The notes under the pieces: generated by a model
What the model saw: only the letters and a program-made list of their open reading frames with translations
Told to the model about the DNA's origin: nothing
The model's database searches: none
NCBI RefSeq assembly: GCF_013122565.1
Contig: NZ_CP053258.1
Length of the DNA: 64,000 nucleotides
Origin: Escherichia coli
GTDB taxonomy: Bacteria; Pseudomonadota; Gammaproteobacteria; Enterobacterales; Enterobacteriaceae
Reading direction: 5' to 3' (one strand)
Shown here: positions 54,713 to 64,000 of the stretch, in pieces
Position numbering within the stretch: the first letter of the stretch is position 1
Layout: each line of letters opens with the position of its first letter
Position numbers and translations under genes: made by a program

Positions 54713-56542
54713 CTACTCTTCGTCATCGCCATCAACATGTGCACGAATCAGCGCCATAAACGGTTTGCCAAAGCGTTCCAGCTTGCGCATCCCAACGCCG
54801 TTAACGCTGAGCATTTCGCTGGCAGTGATCGGCATCTGTTCAGCCATCTCAATCAAGGTCGCGTCGTTAAACACCACGTACGGCGGGACATTGCTTTCAT
54901 CGGCAATCGATTTACGCAGTTTGCGTAATTTGGCGAACAGTTTGCGATCGTAGTTGCCGCCGAAGGATTTCTGCATCGCTTTCGGTTTGAGCGCCACGAT
55001 ACGTGGCACGGCAAGTTGCAAAGAGGATTCGCCGCGCAGCACCGGACGCGCAGCCTCTGTCAGTTGTAGGGCAGAATGCTGGGCAATATTTTGCGTCACC
55101 AGGCCGAGGTGAATCAGCTGGCGGATCACGCTCACCCAATGTTCATGGCTTTTATCACGGCCCATGCCATAGACTTTCAGTTTGTCATGACCATAGTCGC
55201 GGATACGCTGGTTATTAGCGCCACGAATCACTTCCACCACATAACCCATCCCAAACCGCTGATTCACCCGACCAATGGTGGAAAGGGCAATCTGTGCATC
55301 GGTTGAACCATCGTACTGTTTCGGCGGATCGAGGCAAATATCGCAGTTCCCGCACGGCTCCTGCCGCCCTTCGCCAAAATAGTTCAGCAATACCAGACGA
55401 CGGCAAGTTTGCGCTTCGGCAAAAGCGCCCATCGCATTGAGTTTATGACGTTCGATATCCTGCAACTGCCCCTGCGGCTTCTCTTCCAGGCAACGGCGCA
55501 GCCACGCCATATCCGCCGGATCGTAAAACAGCATCGCTTCCGCGGGCAGGCCATCACGCCCGGCGCGTCCGGTTTCCTGATAATAGGATTCGATATTGCG
55601 CGGAATGTCAAAATGCACCACGAAGCGGACGTTAGGTTTGTTGATGCCCATGCCGAACGCCACCGTCGCCACCACAATTTGCAGGTCATCGCGCTGGAAT
55701 TTCTCCTGCACGTCGGCGCGAATATTATTTTCCAGCCCGGCATGATAGGCCGCCGCGCTGATACCCTTGCTTTGCAGACGCGCGGCGGTGTCTTCTACTT
55801 TCGCCCGACTGTTGCAGTAAATAATCCCCGACTTACCGCGTTGTTCCTGCACGTAGCGCATCAGCTGATCGAGAGGTTTGAACTTCTCCATCAGCATGTA
55901 GCGAATATTCGGACGGTCAAAACTGCTAATTTGAATCAGCGGATCGTTCAGCCCCAGCAGGCGCACGATATCCTGGCGCGTGGTGTCGTCGGCTGTGGCG
56001 GTCAGCGCCATAAACGGCAGCGTCGGGAACCGCTGGCGCAACTGACCGAGCGCGGCATATTCCGGGCGGAAATCGTGGCCCCATTGGGAGATACAGTGCG
56101 CTTCATCAACGGCTAATAACACCGGATTCCAGTGCGCCAGATGCTCAAGAAAGTTATCCAGCATCAGGCGTTCCGGCGCGATATACAGTAAGCGAATTTG
56201 CCCGGTGCGACAGCCTGTCATCACGTCAAGTTGCTGCTCGCGGGTTTGCGTCGAGTTAAGGCACGCCGCCGCCACGCCGTTGGCTTGCAGTTGATCCACC
56301 TGATCTTTCATCAACGAAATCAGCGGTGAAACAACCACAGTAAGGCCGTTTAGCAATAAGGCAGGAATTTGATAGCAAAGGGATTTTCCGCCACCAGTGG
56401 GCATGACAACCAGGCAATCGCGACCGGAAAGCACAGTGTCGATAATTTCTTCCTGGCCGGGGCGAAACTGTTGGTAGCCAAAGGTTTCTTGTAAAACCTG
56501 TTTAGCTCCGGACTCCAGATTCAACACTTCCGCCTGCGCCAC
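54713..56542 (-). CDS. recQ: ATP-dependent DNA helicase RecQ
   Basis: DEAH helicase core ([25 protein letters not shown]), RQC zinc cluster CGNCDIC and HRDC domain; GTG start (alternative GTG two codons upstream at 56548). Confidence 0.96.
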   Translation of the reverse strand: MAQAEVLNLESGAKQVLQETFGYQQFRPGQEEIIDTVLSGRDCLVVMPTGGGKSLCYQIPALLLNGLTVVVSPLISLMKDQVDQLQANGVAAACLNSTQTREQQLDVMTGCRTGQIRLLYIAPERLMLDNFLEHLAHWNPVLLAVDEAHCISQWGHDFRPEYAALGQLRQRFPTLPFMALTATADDTTRQDIVRLLGLNDPLIQISSFDRPNIRYMLMEKFKPLDQLMRYVQEQRGKSGIIYCNSRAKVEDTAARLQSKGISAAAYHAGLENNIRADVQEKFQRDDLQIVVATVAFGMGINKPNVRFVVHFDIPRNIESYYQETGRAGRDGLPAEAMLFYDPADMAWLRRCLEEKPQGQLQDIERHKLNAMGAFAEAQTCRRLVLLNYFGEGRQEPCGNCDICLDPPKQYDGSTDAQIALSTIGRVNQRFGMGYVVEVIRGANNQRIRDYGHDKLKVYGMGRDKSHEHWVSVIRQLIHLGLVTQNIAQHSALQLTEAARPVLRGESSLQLAVPRIVALKPKAMQKSFGGNYDRKLFAKLRKLRKSIADESNVPPYVVFNDATLIEMAEQMPITASEMLSVNGVGMRKLERFGKPFMALIRAHVDGDDEE

Positions 56543-56557
56543 ATTCACCCCGATTGC

Positions 56558-56591
56558 CTGAAATAAAAACAGGCGCTATTTTCAGCGCCTG
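56558..56591 (-). terminator. Intrinsic terminator immediately upstream of recQ (ends the pldA / orphan-ORF transcript)
   Basis: Minus strand cagcgcctg... caggcgct-gaaaat-agcgcctg followed by TTTTTATTT, about 15 nt before the recQ GTG. Confidence 0.7.
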
Positions 56592-56611
56592 CGCGAGAAA
56601 CTGCAATGCTT

Positions 56612-57070
56612 TTAGTCTCTGAGAGGGTAATCCTGGATACTGGATTCCAGATTTGTCAGGATCAAAGCGACATCGGCATCCGCCAAACGAAACTCCGCCT
56701 GCCATATATTCTCTGACGTATGAAACGTAGGGCATAGCCCGCAAGCCAGTATCACATTGATAATAATGACATCACCGGAATACCCTGTGTATTCGAACTC
56801 CAGGCATGGCTCGGTAAATTCCAGATTTTTCTCTGGGTAGCCATCGGGAGAAGGGCGCTGCAACAATGTGGTAAACCACCTATGAAGCTTTGTTAAGTCA
56901 TATGTCCCTATTGCCGGATCTATCTTTTCAAACCGCTGATTTCCCTGCGTCACGCCCACTTTGAGGAATAACCAGTTACCATCCCAGAAATTACTGGTAT
57001 CAGGATACTGATACCCCATAACATCCAGCGTCAAAGTAACGGCCAGCTCACTATTGCTTAACGTAATCAT
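56612..57070 (-). CDS. Hypothetical 152-aa cytoplasmic protein, no recognisable family
   Basis: Uninterrupted ORF filling nearly all of the 570-bp pldA-recQ spacer; no TM segments or signal peptide evident; weak SD; not a gene I can place in the K-12 gene order. Confidence 0.55.
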   Translation of the reverse strand: MITLSNSELAVTLTLDVMGYQYPDTSNFWDGNWLFLKVGVTQGNQRFEKIDPAIGTYDLTKLHRWFTTLLQRPSPDGYPEKNLEFTEPCLEFEYTGYSGDVIIINVILACGLCPTFHTSENIWQAEFRLADADVALILTNLESSIQDYPLRD

Positions 57071-57118
57071 AGCATTTGATTTTTAAACAAAAATTAGGTG
57101 CTGGCACTCTACCATGCA

Positions 57119-57988
57119 TTAAAACAGGTCGTTTAGCATAACTCCCACACCGACGCGGGTCTGGTTAAAGTTATAGTCGATGAGCGATTCGCCGTAACCG
57201 CTGTAGACCTGGGTATAAAGACGTACATGTTTGGTGATCGGGTAACTTAAGCCTAACTCCGCGCCGCCGTAGCCGGTGTTCCAGTTGTACTGTCCTTTCG
57301 CACTGAGCACCGCATCACCGAGGTGATAGCCGATTTTAAGCTGGTAGTAACCCATATATTTGGTGATATCCGGGTTATCGTCAGTATTACCCACCACATA
57401 CCACGGCTTCACTTCTACCAGCCAGTTACCGTTTTCTGCCATCAGGCGAGTATAAAGGCGGTTCCAGCTGCGGGAGGTCGGGTCTGAACGCCCGTTAGAG
57501 TCGTGGTTATACCCCATCTCTACATCGCGCAACGTCCAGCCTGCAAAACGGTAATCGGTGGCAAAACCGAGGAACAATTGCGGTTCGTAGTTGGTTTCAC
57601 GAAACGGTGAAGACTCTTCGCTATTGGACAGTTGCCACCAGGATTTTTGCGTATAAGACGCACCCAACACCGAGTTCGGGCCTAAAATCCCACGCCACAG
57701 CGGAAATGCCAGGCTCAACTGAAACTTTACTTCATCCTTACGCGCATTTTCCGCCCAGTCGTAACTGGCAATAGCTTCTTTATTCAGATCGCTGGTTTGT
57801 GTGTAGATGAGGTAGTTGGTGTCATAAGGATAGAGCGTGAACGGATTGTCATGCTCCTGCAGCATATTGGCGATAATACTGCCACGCACCGCTGGCGCGT
57901 CATGCACCTCTTTCACCGTTGCCTCTTGTGCATATACTGCCATAGGCAACATAAACACCGGCAACAACCAGCCCTGCAGAGTCCGCAT
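57119..57988 (-). CDS. pldA: Outer membrane phospholipase A
   Basis: 289-aa ORF with signal peptide and beta-barrel alternating pattern, C-terminal ...VGVMLNDLF. Confidence 0.95.
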   Translation of the reverse strand: MRTLQGWLLPVFMLPMAVYAQEATVKEVHDAPAVRGSIIANMLQEHDNPFTLYPYDTNYLIYTQTSDLNKEAIASYDWAENARKDEVKFQLSLAFPLWRGILGPNSVLGASYTQKSWWQLSNSEESSPFRETNYEPQLFLGFATDYRFAGWTLRDVEMGYNHDSNGRSDPTSRSWNRLYTRLMAENGNWLVEVKPWYVVGNTDDNPDITKYMGYYQLKIGYHLGDAVLSAKGQYNWNTGYGGAELGLSYPITKHVRLYTQVYSGYGESLIDYNFNQTRVGVGVMLNDLF

Positions 57989-58152
57989 CGATCGTGTTCT
58001 CCGTAACGAATTATTGATAAGGTGAATATTTTTCTGCGGGCTATTTTACATACTTAACTCCATAGCCGTTAGTTATCCCTTCCTAAAGTAGAAACCAACA
58101 ACAAAGAAGCATAAAATCAACATTTCATTAACCAATGAAGTGTAAGGATGAT

Positions 58153-58620
58153 ATGTCTGCCGTACTGACCGCTGAACAAGCCCTGAAATTAGTGGGTGAG
58201 ATGTTTGTTTATCACATGCCATTTAACCGCGCATTGGGGATGGAACTGGAGCGTTACGAAAAAGAGTTCGCACAGCTGGCCTTTAAAAATCAGCCAATGA
58301 TGGTGGGCAACTGGGCGCAAAGCATTTTGCACGGCGGGGTCATTGCGTCGGCGCTGGATGTCGCCGCCGGTCTGGTGTGCGTGGGAAGTACCTTAACCCG
58401 CCACGAAACCATCAGTGAAGATGAACTACGCCAGCGACTATCGCGGATGGGGACCATTGATCTTCGCGTCGATTATCTGCGCCCAGGCAGAGGCGAGCGT
58501 TTTACTGCTACCAGTAGCCTGTTGCGTGCAGGCAATAAAGTCGCCGTCGCCCGCGTTGAATTACACAATGAAGAACAGCTTTATATTGCCAGTGCCACCG
58601 CCACCTATATGGTAGGTTGA
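58153..58620 (+). CDS. yigI: Hotdog-fold (4HBT/PaaI-type) thioesterase YigI
   Basis: Start set at [17 protein letters not shown] (155 aa). Confidence 0.88.
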   Translation: MSAVLTAEQALKLVGEMFVYHMPFNRALGMELERYEKEFAQLAFKNQPMMVGNWAQSILHGGVIASALDVAAGLVCVGSTLTRHETISEDELRQRLSRMGTIDLRVDYLRPGRGERFTATSSLLRAGNKVAVARVELHNEEQLYIASATATYMVG

Positions 58621-58671
58621 TAACGTAAAAGCAGGTAAACTGCTGTTACCAATTAAAAATGAGTATTCCCG

Positions 58672-59559
58672 ATGGATGCAAAACAAACGCGGCAGGGCGT
58701 ATTACTCGCTCTTGCCGCTTATTTTATTTGGGGTATTGCGCCAGCGTACTTCAAGCTGATTTACTACGTGCCCGCCGATGAGATCCTGACGCATCGCGTG
58801 ATCTGGTCGTTTTTCTTTATGGTGGTGCTGATGAGCATTTGCCGCCAGTGGTCCTATTTAAAAACGCTGATTCAGACGCCACAGAAAATTTTTATGCTGG
58901 CAGTCTCTGCCGTGCTGATTGGTGGCAACTGGCTACTGTTTATCTGGGCGGTGAACAATCACCATATGCTGGAAGCGAGCCTTGGTTACTTTATTAACCC
59001 GCTGGTGAACATTGTGCTGGGGATGATTTTCCTCGGCGAGCGATTCCGCCGGATGCAATGGCTGGCGGTGATTCTGGCGATATGTGGCGTGTTGGTCCAG
59101 CTGTGGACTTTTGGTTCGCTACCTATTATCGCGCTGGGGCTGGCATTTAGTTTTGCCTTCTACGGCCTGGTGCGCAAGAAGATTGCGGTAGAAGCACAAA
59201 CCGGCATGTTAATTGAAACCATGTGGCTGCTGCCCGTGGCAGCGATTTACCTGTTTGCTATTGCCGACAGCTCAACCAGCCATATGGGGCAAAACCCGAT
59301 GTCGCTGAATTTACTGCTGATCGCCGCCGGTATTGTCACTACCGTACCGCTGTTGTGTTTTACTGCAGCTGCGACACGCCTGCGTCTCTCAACGTTAGGC
59401 TTTTTCCAGTATATTGGCCCGACGCTGATGTTTCTGCTGGCTGTGACGTTTTATGGTGAAAAACCGGGTGCCGATAAGATGGTGACTTTCGCCTTTATTT
59501 GGGTGGCGCTGGCAATTTTTGTGATGGATGCGATTTATACGCAGCGTAGAAAAAGTTAG
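58672..59559 (+). CDS. rarD: EamA/DMT-family transporter RarD
   Basis: 295-aa ten-TM ORF MDAKQTRQGVLLALAAYFIWGIAPAYFK. Confidence 0.93.
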   Translation: MDAKQTRQGVLLALAAYFIWGIAPAYFKLIYYVPADEILTHRVIWSFFFMVVLMSICRQWSYLKTLIQTPQKIFMLAVSAVLIGGNWLLFIWAVNNHHMLEASLGYFINPLVNIVLGMIFLGERFRRMQWLAVILAICGVLVQLWTFGSLPIIALGLAFSFAFYGLVRKKIAVEAQTGMLIETMWLLPVAAIYLFAIADSSTSHMGQNPMSLNLLLIAAGIVTTVPLLCFTAAATRLRLSTLGFFQYIGPTLMFLLAVTFYGEKPGADKMVTFAFIWVALAIFVMDAIYTQRRKS

Positions 59560-59605
59560 GCATTAACATGGGTAGGCCATTTAAAAAGCCTACCCACTGA
59601 CTTAT

Positions 59606-59923
59606 CTATCTTTTTTTGAAAAAAATTAAGATAAGAAAAAGTACGATATTTGTTACAGGAAATACACCCAAAACTCCCCAGTACTTACTCCATCCTAGAG
59701 ACATTGTATATCTACCAAGGATTTGACAAAACCCAAAACTTAACCCTATACCTATACTTCTTAAATTTAATGTCGTAGTCAGGCTTAAAATAAATAGAAC
59801 AAGGATGGTAATAGCCCACCACAATAACCACGCCTTAACAAAATCAGATTTTTTGCTGTAAGGTTCTTTACCCAAGAACAACTGCCAAAAATTACCATTT
59901 TCCATATAGAAACCATTCACCAA
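59606..59923 (-). CDS. Small AT-rich inner membrane protein (two or three TM helices)
   Basis: 105-aa ORF in strongly AT-rich DNA; hydrophobic segments WLLWWAITILVLFILSL and VLGVFPVTNIVLFLILIFF; may correspond to one of the K-12 yigF/yigG small membrane genes. Confidence 0.5.
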   Translation of the reverse strand: MVNGFYMENGNFWQLFLGKEPYSKKSDFVKAWLLWWAITILVLFILSLTTTLNLRSIGIGLSFGFCQILGRYTMSLGWSKYWGVLGVFPVTNIVLFLILIFFKKR

Positions 59924-60109
59924 AAGTATTATTCATGGAAACAAATATTATTTAATTATATTTAGTCCCCCTCAATAAAAACTTACACACTCTAAATTAC
60001 TACTGTATAGTTATCAATACAAAGGCTGTCATATTGCATGGATATAACAAGCATATGCTCTAAATAATGTATATACACTTAAACCAATCATATACTAAAC
60101 AATATAAAA

Positions 60110-60496
60110 ATGTTTAAACCATCTATTAAAAATATGTTTTACCCATCCACACTTGAGCGTTTATCACGTTTGCAGTTCATAATTTACACATTAATATCAT
60201 GGACAATATTAATAACTTTGAATGATATCAACCTGGCTTTGAGTTTCATTCTGGTCATCACTAATACGTATGTGAATATCAATATCGGAGCTAAAAGAAT
60301 AAGAGATACTGGATGTAAGGCAATCTACTTCGTATTGATTTCATTGGGTTTGACACTTTTTTCTATTATCTCTGCAGCAATTGAAGGGGTGAGATGTGAT
60401 TCATTAAGCGTCCAACTGAACGTGGCATGGATAGTATTCACAACAATTATGTTATCTGCGATTCCCTCGGCTAAAATGTCGCTGTCAGCACACTAA
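60110..60496 (+). CDS. Small AT-rich inner membrane protein, DUF805-like (IGAKRIRDTG motif)
   Basis: 128-aa ORF with three hydrophobic segments and an R-x-R-D-x-G motif reminiscent of DUF805 proteins; divergent from the preceding ORF. Confidence 0.55.
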   Translation: MFKPSIKNMFYPSTLERLSRLQFIIYTLISWTILITLNDINLALSFILVITNTYVNINIGAKRIRDTGCKAIYFVLISLGLTLFSIISAAIEGVRCDSLSVQLNVAWIVFTTIMLSAIPSAKMSLSAH

Positions 60497-60520
60497 CTTA
60501 CTCACAGCGACATCGTATAG

Positions 60521-61471
60521 TTACAGCCAGTTCTTCCGCTTAAAGTACAGATACGGTGCCAGGCCCGCGAGGATCATAAAGATAATCGCGCCTGGGTAGC
60601 CGAAGCTCCACTTCAGTTCTGGCATAAACTCAAAGTTCATCCCGTAGCTGGAAGCAACCAGCGTTGGCGGCAGGAACACGACGGATACCACCGAGAAAAT
60701 TTTGATGATGCGGTTCTGCTCGATGTTGATAAAACCCATTGCCGCCTGCATCAGGAAGTTCACCTTCTGGAACAGGGATTCGTTATGCGGCAGCAGGGAT
60801 TCGATATCTCGCAGGATTTCACGCGCCTGCTCCAGTTGACCACCCGGTAAACGCGCCTTACGCACCAGGAAGTTGAGCGCACGCTGGGTATCCATCAGAC
60901 ACAGGCGCACTTTCCAGCCGATATCTTCCAGTTCCGCCAGCGTGGAGAGCGCCTCGTCGTACTCATCGCCCTGATGCCCTTCCATAATCACCCGACTCAA
61001 CTGCTCCAGGTCGCTATAGATATTTTCAATTTCATCTGCCAACTGTTCGATTTTGGTTTCGAACAGATCCAGCAGCAGCTCGTAGGCGTTACCGTCTACC
61101 ATCGACTGGCTACGAGCACGCATACGATACAGACGAAAAGCGGGCAGTTCACGCTCACGCAGAGTAAACAGACGACCATCACGGATGGTAAATGCCACAG
61201 TGGAGTTACCGGCGTGATCTTCCGCATCTTCAAAGAAGAAGAAGGAGTGAATATGCAGGCCGTCGTCGTCTTCAAAGAAACGTGCCGATGCTTCGATGTC
61301 TTCCAGTTCCGGGCGGGTTGCCAGGCTCTGGCCAAGTTCAGATTGTACGCGCAGTCGCTCGTCGTCGTCCGGTTCGACAAGATCAATCCATACTGCATTT
61401 ACAAGGGGTTGTGACTCTTCGACTTCCAGCCGGGTCAGTCGGTTATTTTCCAGTTGAAATGCGCTCAGCAT
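60521..61471 (-). CDS. corA: Magnesium/cobalt transport protein CorA
   Basis: Start set at [16 protein letters not shown] (316 aa); C-terminal YGMNF motif and two TM helices. Confidence 0.96.
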   Translation of the reverse strand: MLSAFQLENNRLTRLEVEESQPLVNAVWIDLVEPDDDERLRVQSELGQSLATRPELEDIEASARFFEDDDGLHIHSFFFFEDAEDHAGNSTVAFTIRDGRLFTLRERELPAFRLYRMRARSQSMVDGNAYELLLDLFETKIEQLADEIENIYSDLEQLSRVIMEGHQGDEYDEALSTLAELEDIGWKVRLCLMDTQRALNFLVRKARLPGGQLEQAREILRDIESLLPHNESLFQKVNFLMQAAMGFINIEQNRIIKIFSVVSVVFLPPTLVASSYGMNFEFMPELKWSFGYPGAIIFMILAGLAPYLYFKRKNWL

Positions 61472-61840
61472 GACCGGGACTCCCAATGCTTAAAATATCG
61501 GACAGTTCGGTGGGCACACAGAAACAAATTGGGTTTCAGACCATTAAACAGCCTGACTCAGCGCGACGGGAAAAATTGAGGTCGCTGACAACCGCTAAGG
61601 CTATCAGCAAAAAGGGATAGCCTTAGGAGTTGATCCTGGATGACAGGATAGTGAGCCAGTATCTACTGGGTGTGTCCAAGGCGAATGTCCTCTTAGAGTG
61701 ATCGTGCGCGCATGTTACGCCAGCAAAATTTTGCCGTCAACACGCAACAGAACACCACAGAACAATAGTTGAACTTCGCGCTTTTTGGTACTCGTCAAGG
61801 TCGCTAACAGGATAAAAAAATCCCACATCCAGGACCTATA

Positions 61841-62605
61841 ATGGCGCATCGGCTACTCATTGGTAAAGGAATGATCACCTTGAATCTCAAACGGATTTTT
61901 CTCGCCCTCACCTTACTTCCCTTGTTTGCTGTTGCCGCTGATGATTGCGCACTCTCAGATCCGACGCTGACCGTACAGGCGTATACCGTTAATCCTCAAA
62001 CAGAGCGGGTGAAAATGTACTGGCAAAAAGCCAATGGCGAAGCGTGGGGAACGTTACATGCTCTGCTGGCGGAGATGAATAGTCAGGGTCAGGTGCAGAT
62101 GGTGATGAACGGCGGCATCTATGATGAAAGCTATGCGCCACTCGGTTTGTACATCGAAAACGGTCAGCAGAAGGTGGCGTTAAATCTCGCTTCAGGTGAA
62201 GGGAATTTCTTTATCCGTCCTGGCGGCGTGTTTTATGTCGCGGGAGATAAAGTCGGCATCGTTCGTCTGGATGCCTTTAAAACCAGTAAAGAGATTCAGT
62301 TTGCGGTGCAGTCAGGGCCAATGTTGATGGAAAACGGCGTAATTAATCCGCGTATTCATCCCAACGTCGCCTCACGCAAAATTCGTAACGGTGTTGGGAT
62401 TAATAAACATGGGAACGCCGTGTTTTTGTTGAGCCAGCAGGCGACAAATTTTTATGATTTTGCCTGTTATGCCAAAGCGAAACTGAACGTTGAGCAGTTG
62501 CTTTACCTTGATGGCACGATTTCACATATGTATGTGAAAGGAGGCGAGATCCCCTGGCAGCGTCATCCTTTTGTCACCATGATTGCCGTCGAGCGGAAAG
62601 GTTAG
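61841..62605 (+). CDS. yigE: DUF2233-family exported protein YigE
   Basis: 254-aa ORF with signal peptide (LALTLLPLFAVAADDCAL). Confidence 0.85.
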   Translation: MAHRLLIGKGMITLNLKRIFLALTLLPLFAVAADDCALSDPTLTVQAYTVNPQTERVKMYWQKANGEAWGTLHALLAEMNSQGQVQMVMNGGIYDESYAPLGLYIENGQQKVALNLASGEGNFFIRPGGVFYVAGDKVGIVRLDAFKTSKEIQFAVQSGPMLMENGVINPRIHPNVASRKIRNGVGINKHGNAVFLLSQQATNFYDFACYAKAKLNVEQLLYLDGTISHMYVKGGEIPWQRHPFVTMIAVERKG

Positions 62606-62640
62606 AATGATAGTTTTGTGTCAGATACTAAATATGGTGC

Positions 62641-62676
62641 TGATGCCGGATGCGACGTAAACGCCTTATCCGGCCT
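62641..62676. repeat. REP element
   Basis: tgccggatgcgacgtaaacgccttatccggcctac. Confidence 0.75.
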
Positions 62677-62750
62677 ACATGACGTTGCAATTTATTGAAT
62701 CTGAATGATTTTTAGGCCAAATAAGGTGTGCAGCACCGCATCCGGCAACG

Positions 62751-64000
62751 TTACACCGCCTCCAGCCGGGCGTAAGCCGCCACCAGCCATTTGATTCCCT
62801 GGCCCTGGAATGCCACCTGCAAACGGCTATGTTCACCGCTGCCTTCCATATTGACGATGGTGCCTTCACCAAACTTAGCGTGGCGTACGCGCTGGCCGAG
62901 CTTGTAGCCGCTGTCGTTCTCGACCATCGGCGTACCCATACGCTGATGGCTGACCGGGCGGCTTACCGTAGCGCGTAAACGCACCTCTTCCACACACTCT
63001 TCCGGCAGCTCGCCGATAAAGCGCGACGGGCGATGGTAAACCTCTTTACCATACAGACGGCGAGTTTCCGCGTAGGTCAGCGTCAGTTTCTGCATCGCGC
63101 GGGTTACGCCAACGTAGGCCAGACGGCGTTCTTCTTCCAGACGTCCGCCTTCATCCAGCGACATCTGGCTTGGGAACATGCCCTCTTCCATACCGACAAT
63201 AAACACCTGCGGAAACTCCAGACCTTTCGCCGAGTGTAGCGTCATCAACTGCACCGCATCCTGCCAGGTATCCGCCTGCCCTTCACCTGCTTCCAGCGCC
63301 GCATGGGAGAGGAACGCCTGCAGCGGCATTAAATCTTCGTCTTCTTCGTTGTAGCTGAACTGGCGCGTTGCCGTCACCAGTTCCTCTAAGTTTTCGATAC
63401 GCGTCTGACCTTTTTCGCCCTTCTCCTGCTCGTACATGGTGCGCAGGCCGGAGTCTTTAATTACCCGGTCAGTCTGTACATGCAGCGGCATATCGGCAGT
63501 TTCCTGCGCTAAGGCGTCGATTAATTCCATAAACCGCTGTAAGGCGCTGGCAGCACGTCCGGCGAGGGCTTTTTCCTGCAACAGTTCACGACATGCCTGC
63601 CAGAGTGTTAACTGGCGATCGCGCGATGTCTGACGTACCACGTCCAGCGTCCGGTCACCAATACCCCGCGTTGGCGTATTCACCACACGCTCAAACGCCG
63701 CGTCATCATTACGGTTGGCAATCAGGCGCAGATACGAGAGCGCATCTTTGATTTCCTGGCGTTCGAAGAAGCGCATCCCGCCGTAAATACGGTACGGCAT
63801 ACTCGCCTGCAACAGTGCCTCTTCCAGCACACGCGACTGGGCGTTGCTGCGGTAGAGAATGGCGCACTCGGCAAGCGCCCCGCCGTTGTCCTGCCAGGTT
63901 TTGATGCGGTTAACCACAAAACGCGCTTCGTCGAGTTCGTTAAAAGCGCAATAGAGGGAAATAGGCTCACCGTCCGCGCCATCGGTCCACAATTTTTTAC
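62751..64000 (-). CDS. uvrD: DNA helicase II UvrD, C-terminal ~416 codons (5' end beyond window)
   Basis: ORF running off the right edge; helicase motifs IV-VI region (VGVTRAMQKLTLTYAETRRLYG) and C-terminal ...QGIKWLVAAYARLEAV. Confidence 0.93.
   Translation of the reverse strand, partial: KKLWTDGADGEPISLYCAFNELDEARFVVNRIKTWQDNGGALAECAILYRSNAQSRVLEEALLQASMPYRIYGGMRFFERQEIKDALSYLRLIANRNDDAAFERVVNTPTRGIGDRTLDVVRQTSRDRQLTLWQACRELLQEKALAGRAASALQRFMELIDALAQETADMPLHVQTDRVIKDSGLRTMYEQEKGEKGQTRIENLEELVTATRQFSYNEEDEDLMPLQAFLSHAALEAGEGQADTWQDAVQLMTLHSAKGLEFPQVFIVGMEEGMFPSQMSLDEGGRLEEERRLAYVGVTRAMQKLTLTYAETRRLYGKEVYHRPSRFIGELPEECVEEVRLRATVSRPVSHQRMGTPMVENDSGYKLGQRVRHAKFGEGTIVNMEGSGEHSRLQVAFQGQGIKWLVAAYARLEAV

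Overview
This window reads as Escherichia coli-type chromosome, in inverse orientation to the K-12 map, running typA–glnALG–hemN–polA–dsbA–mobAB–rrnA–hemG–trkH–pepQ–fadBA–ubiD–tatABCD–ubiBJE–udp–metER–pldB–rhtBC–recQ–pldA–rarD–corA–uvrD. Gene identities rest on reading the supplied ORF translations and on recalled family and rRNA/tRNA/sRNA sequences; no database search was run. Almost all of it is conserved core: about 60 protein genes, a complete rrn operon (16S, tRNA-Ile, tRNA-Ala, 23S, 5S) with its P1/P2 promoters, the sRNAs CsrC and Spot 42, many REP/BIME repeats and several clean intrinsic terminators. No CRISPR array, transposase, integrase or IS element was seen. Three places depart from the K-12 arrangement as I remember it and are the best candidates for something undescribed: (1) a translationally coupled operon of two radical SAM enzymes plus a Cof-type HAD hydrolase at the left edge (nt 1–2530, cut by the window), convergent on typA where K-12 has yihL; (2) a 152-codon orphan ORF between pldA and recQ (56612–57070) with no family I can recognise; (3) an AT-rich islet between rarD and corA carrying two divergent small membrane-protein genes (59606–60496).
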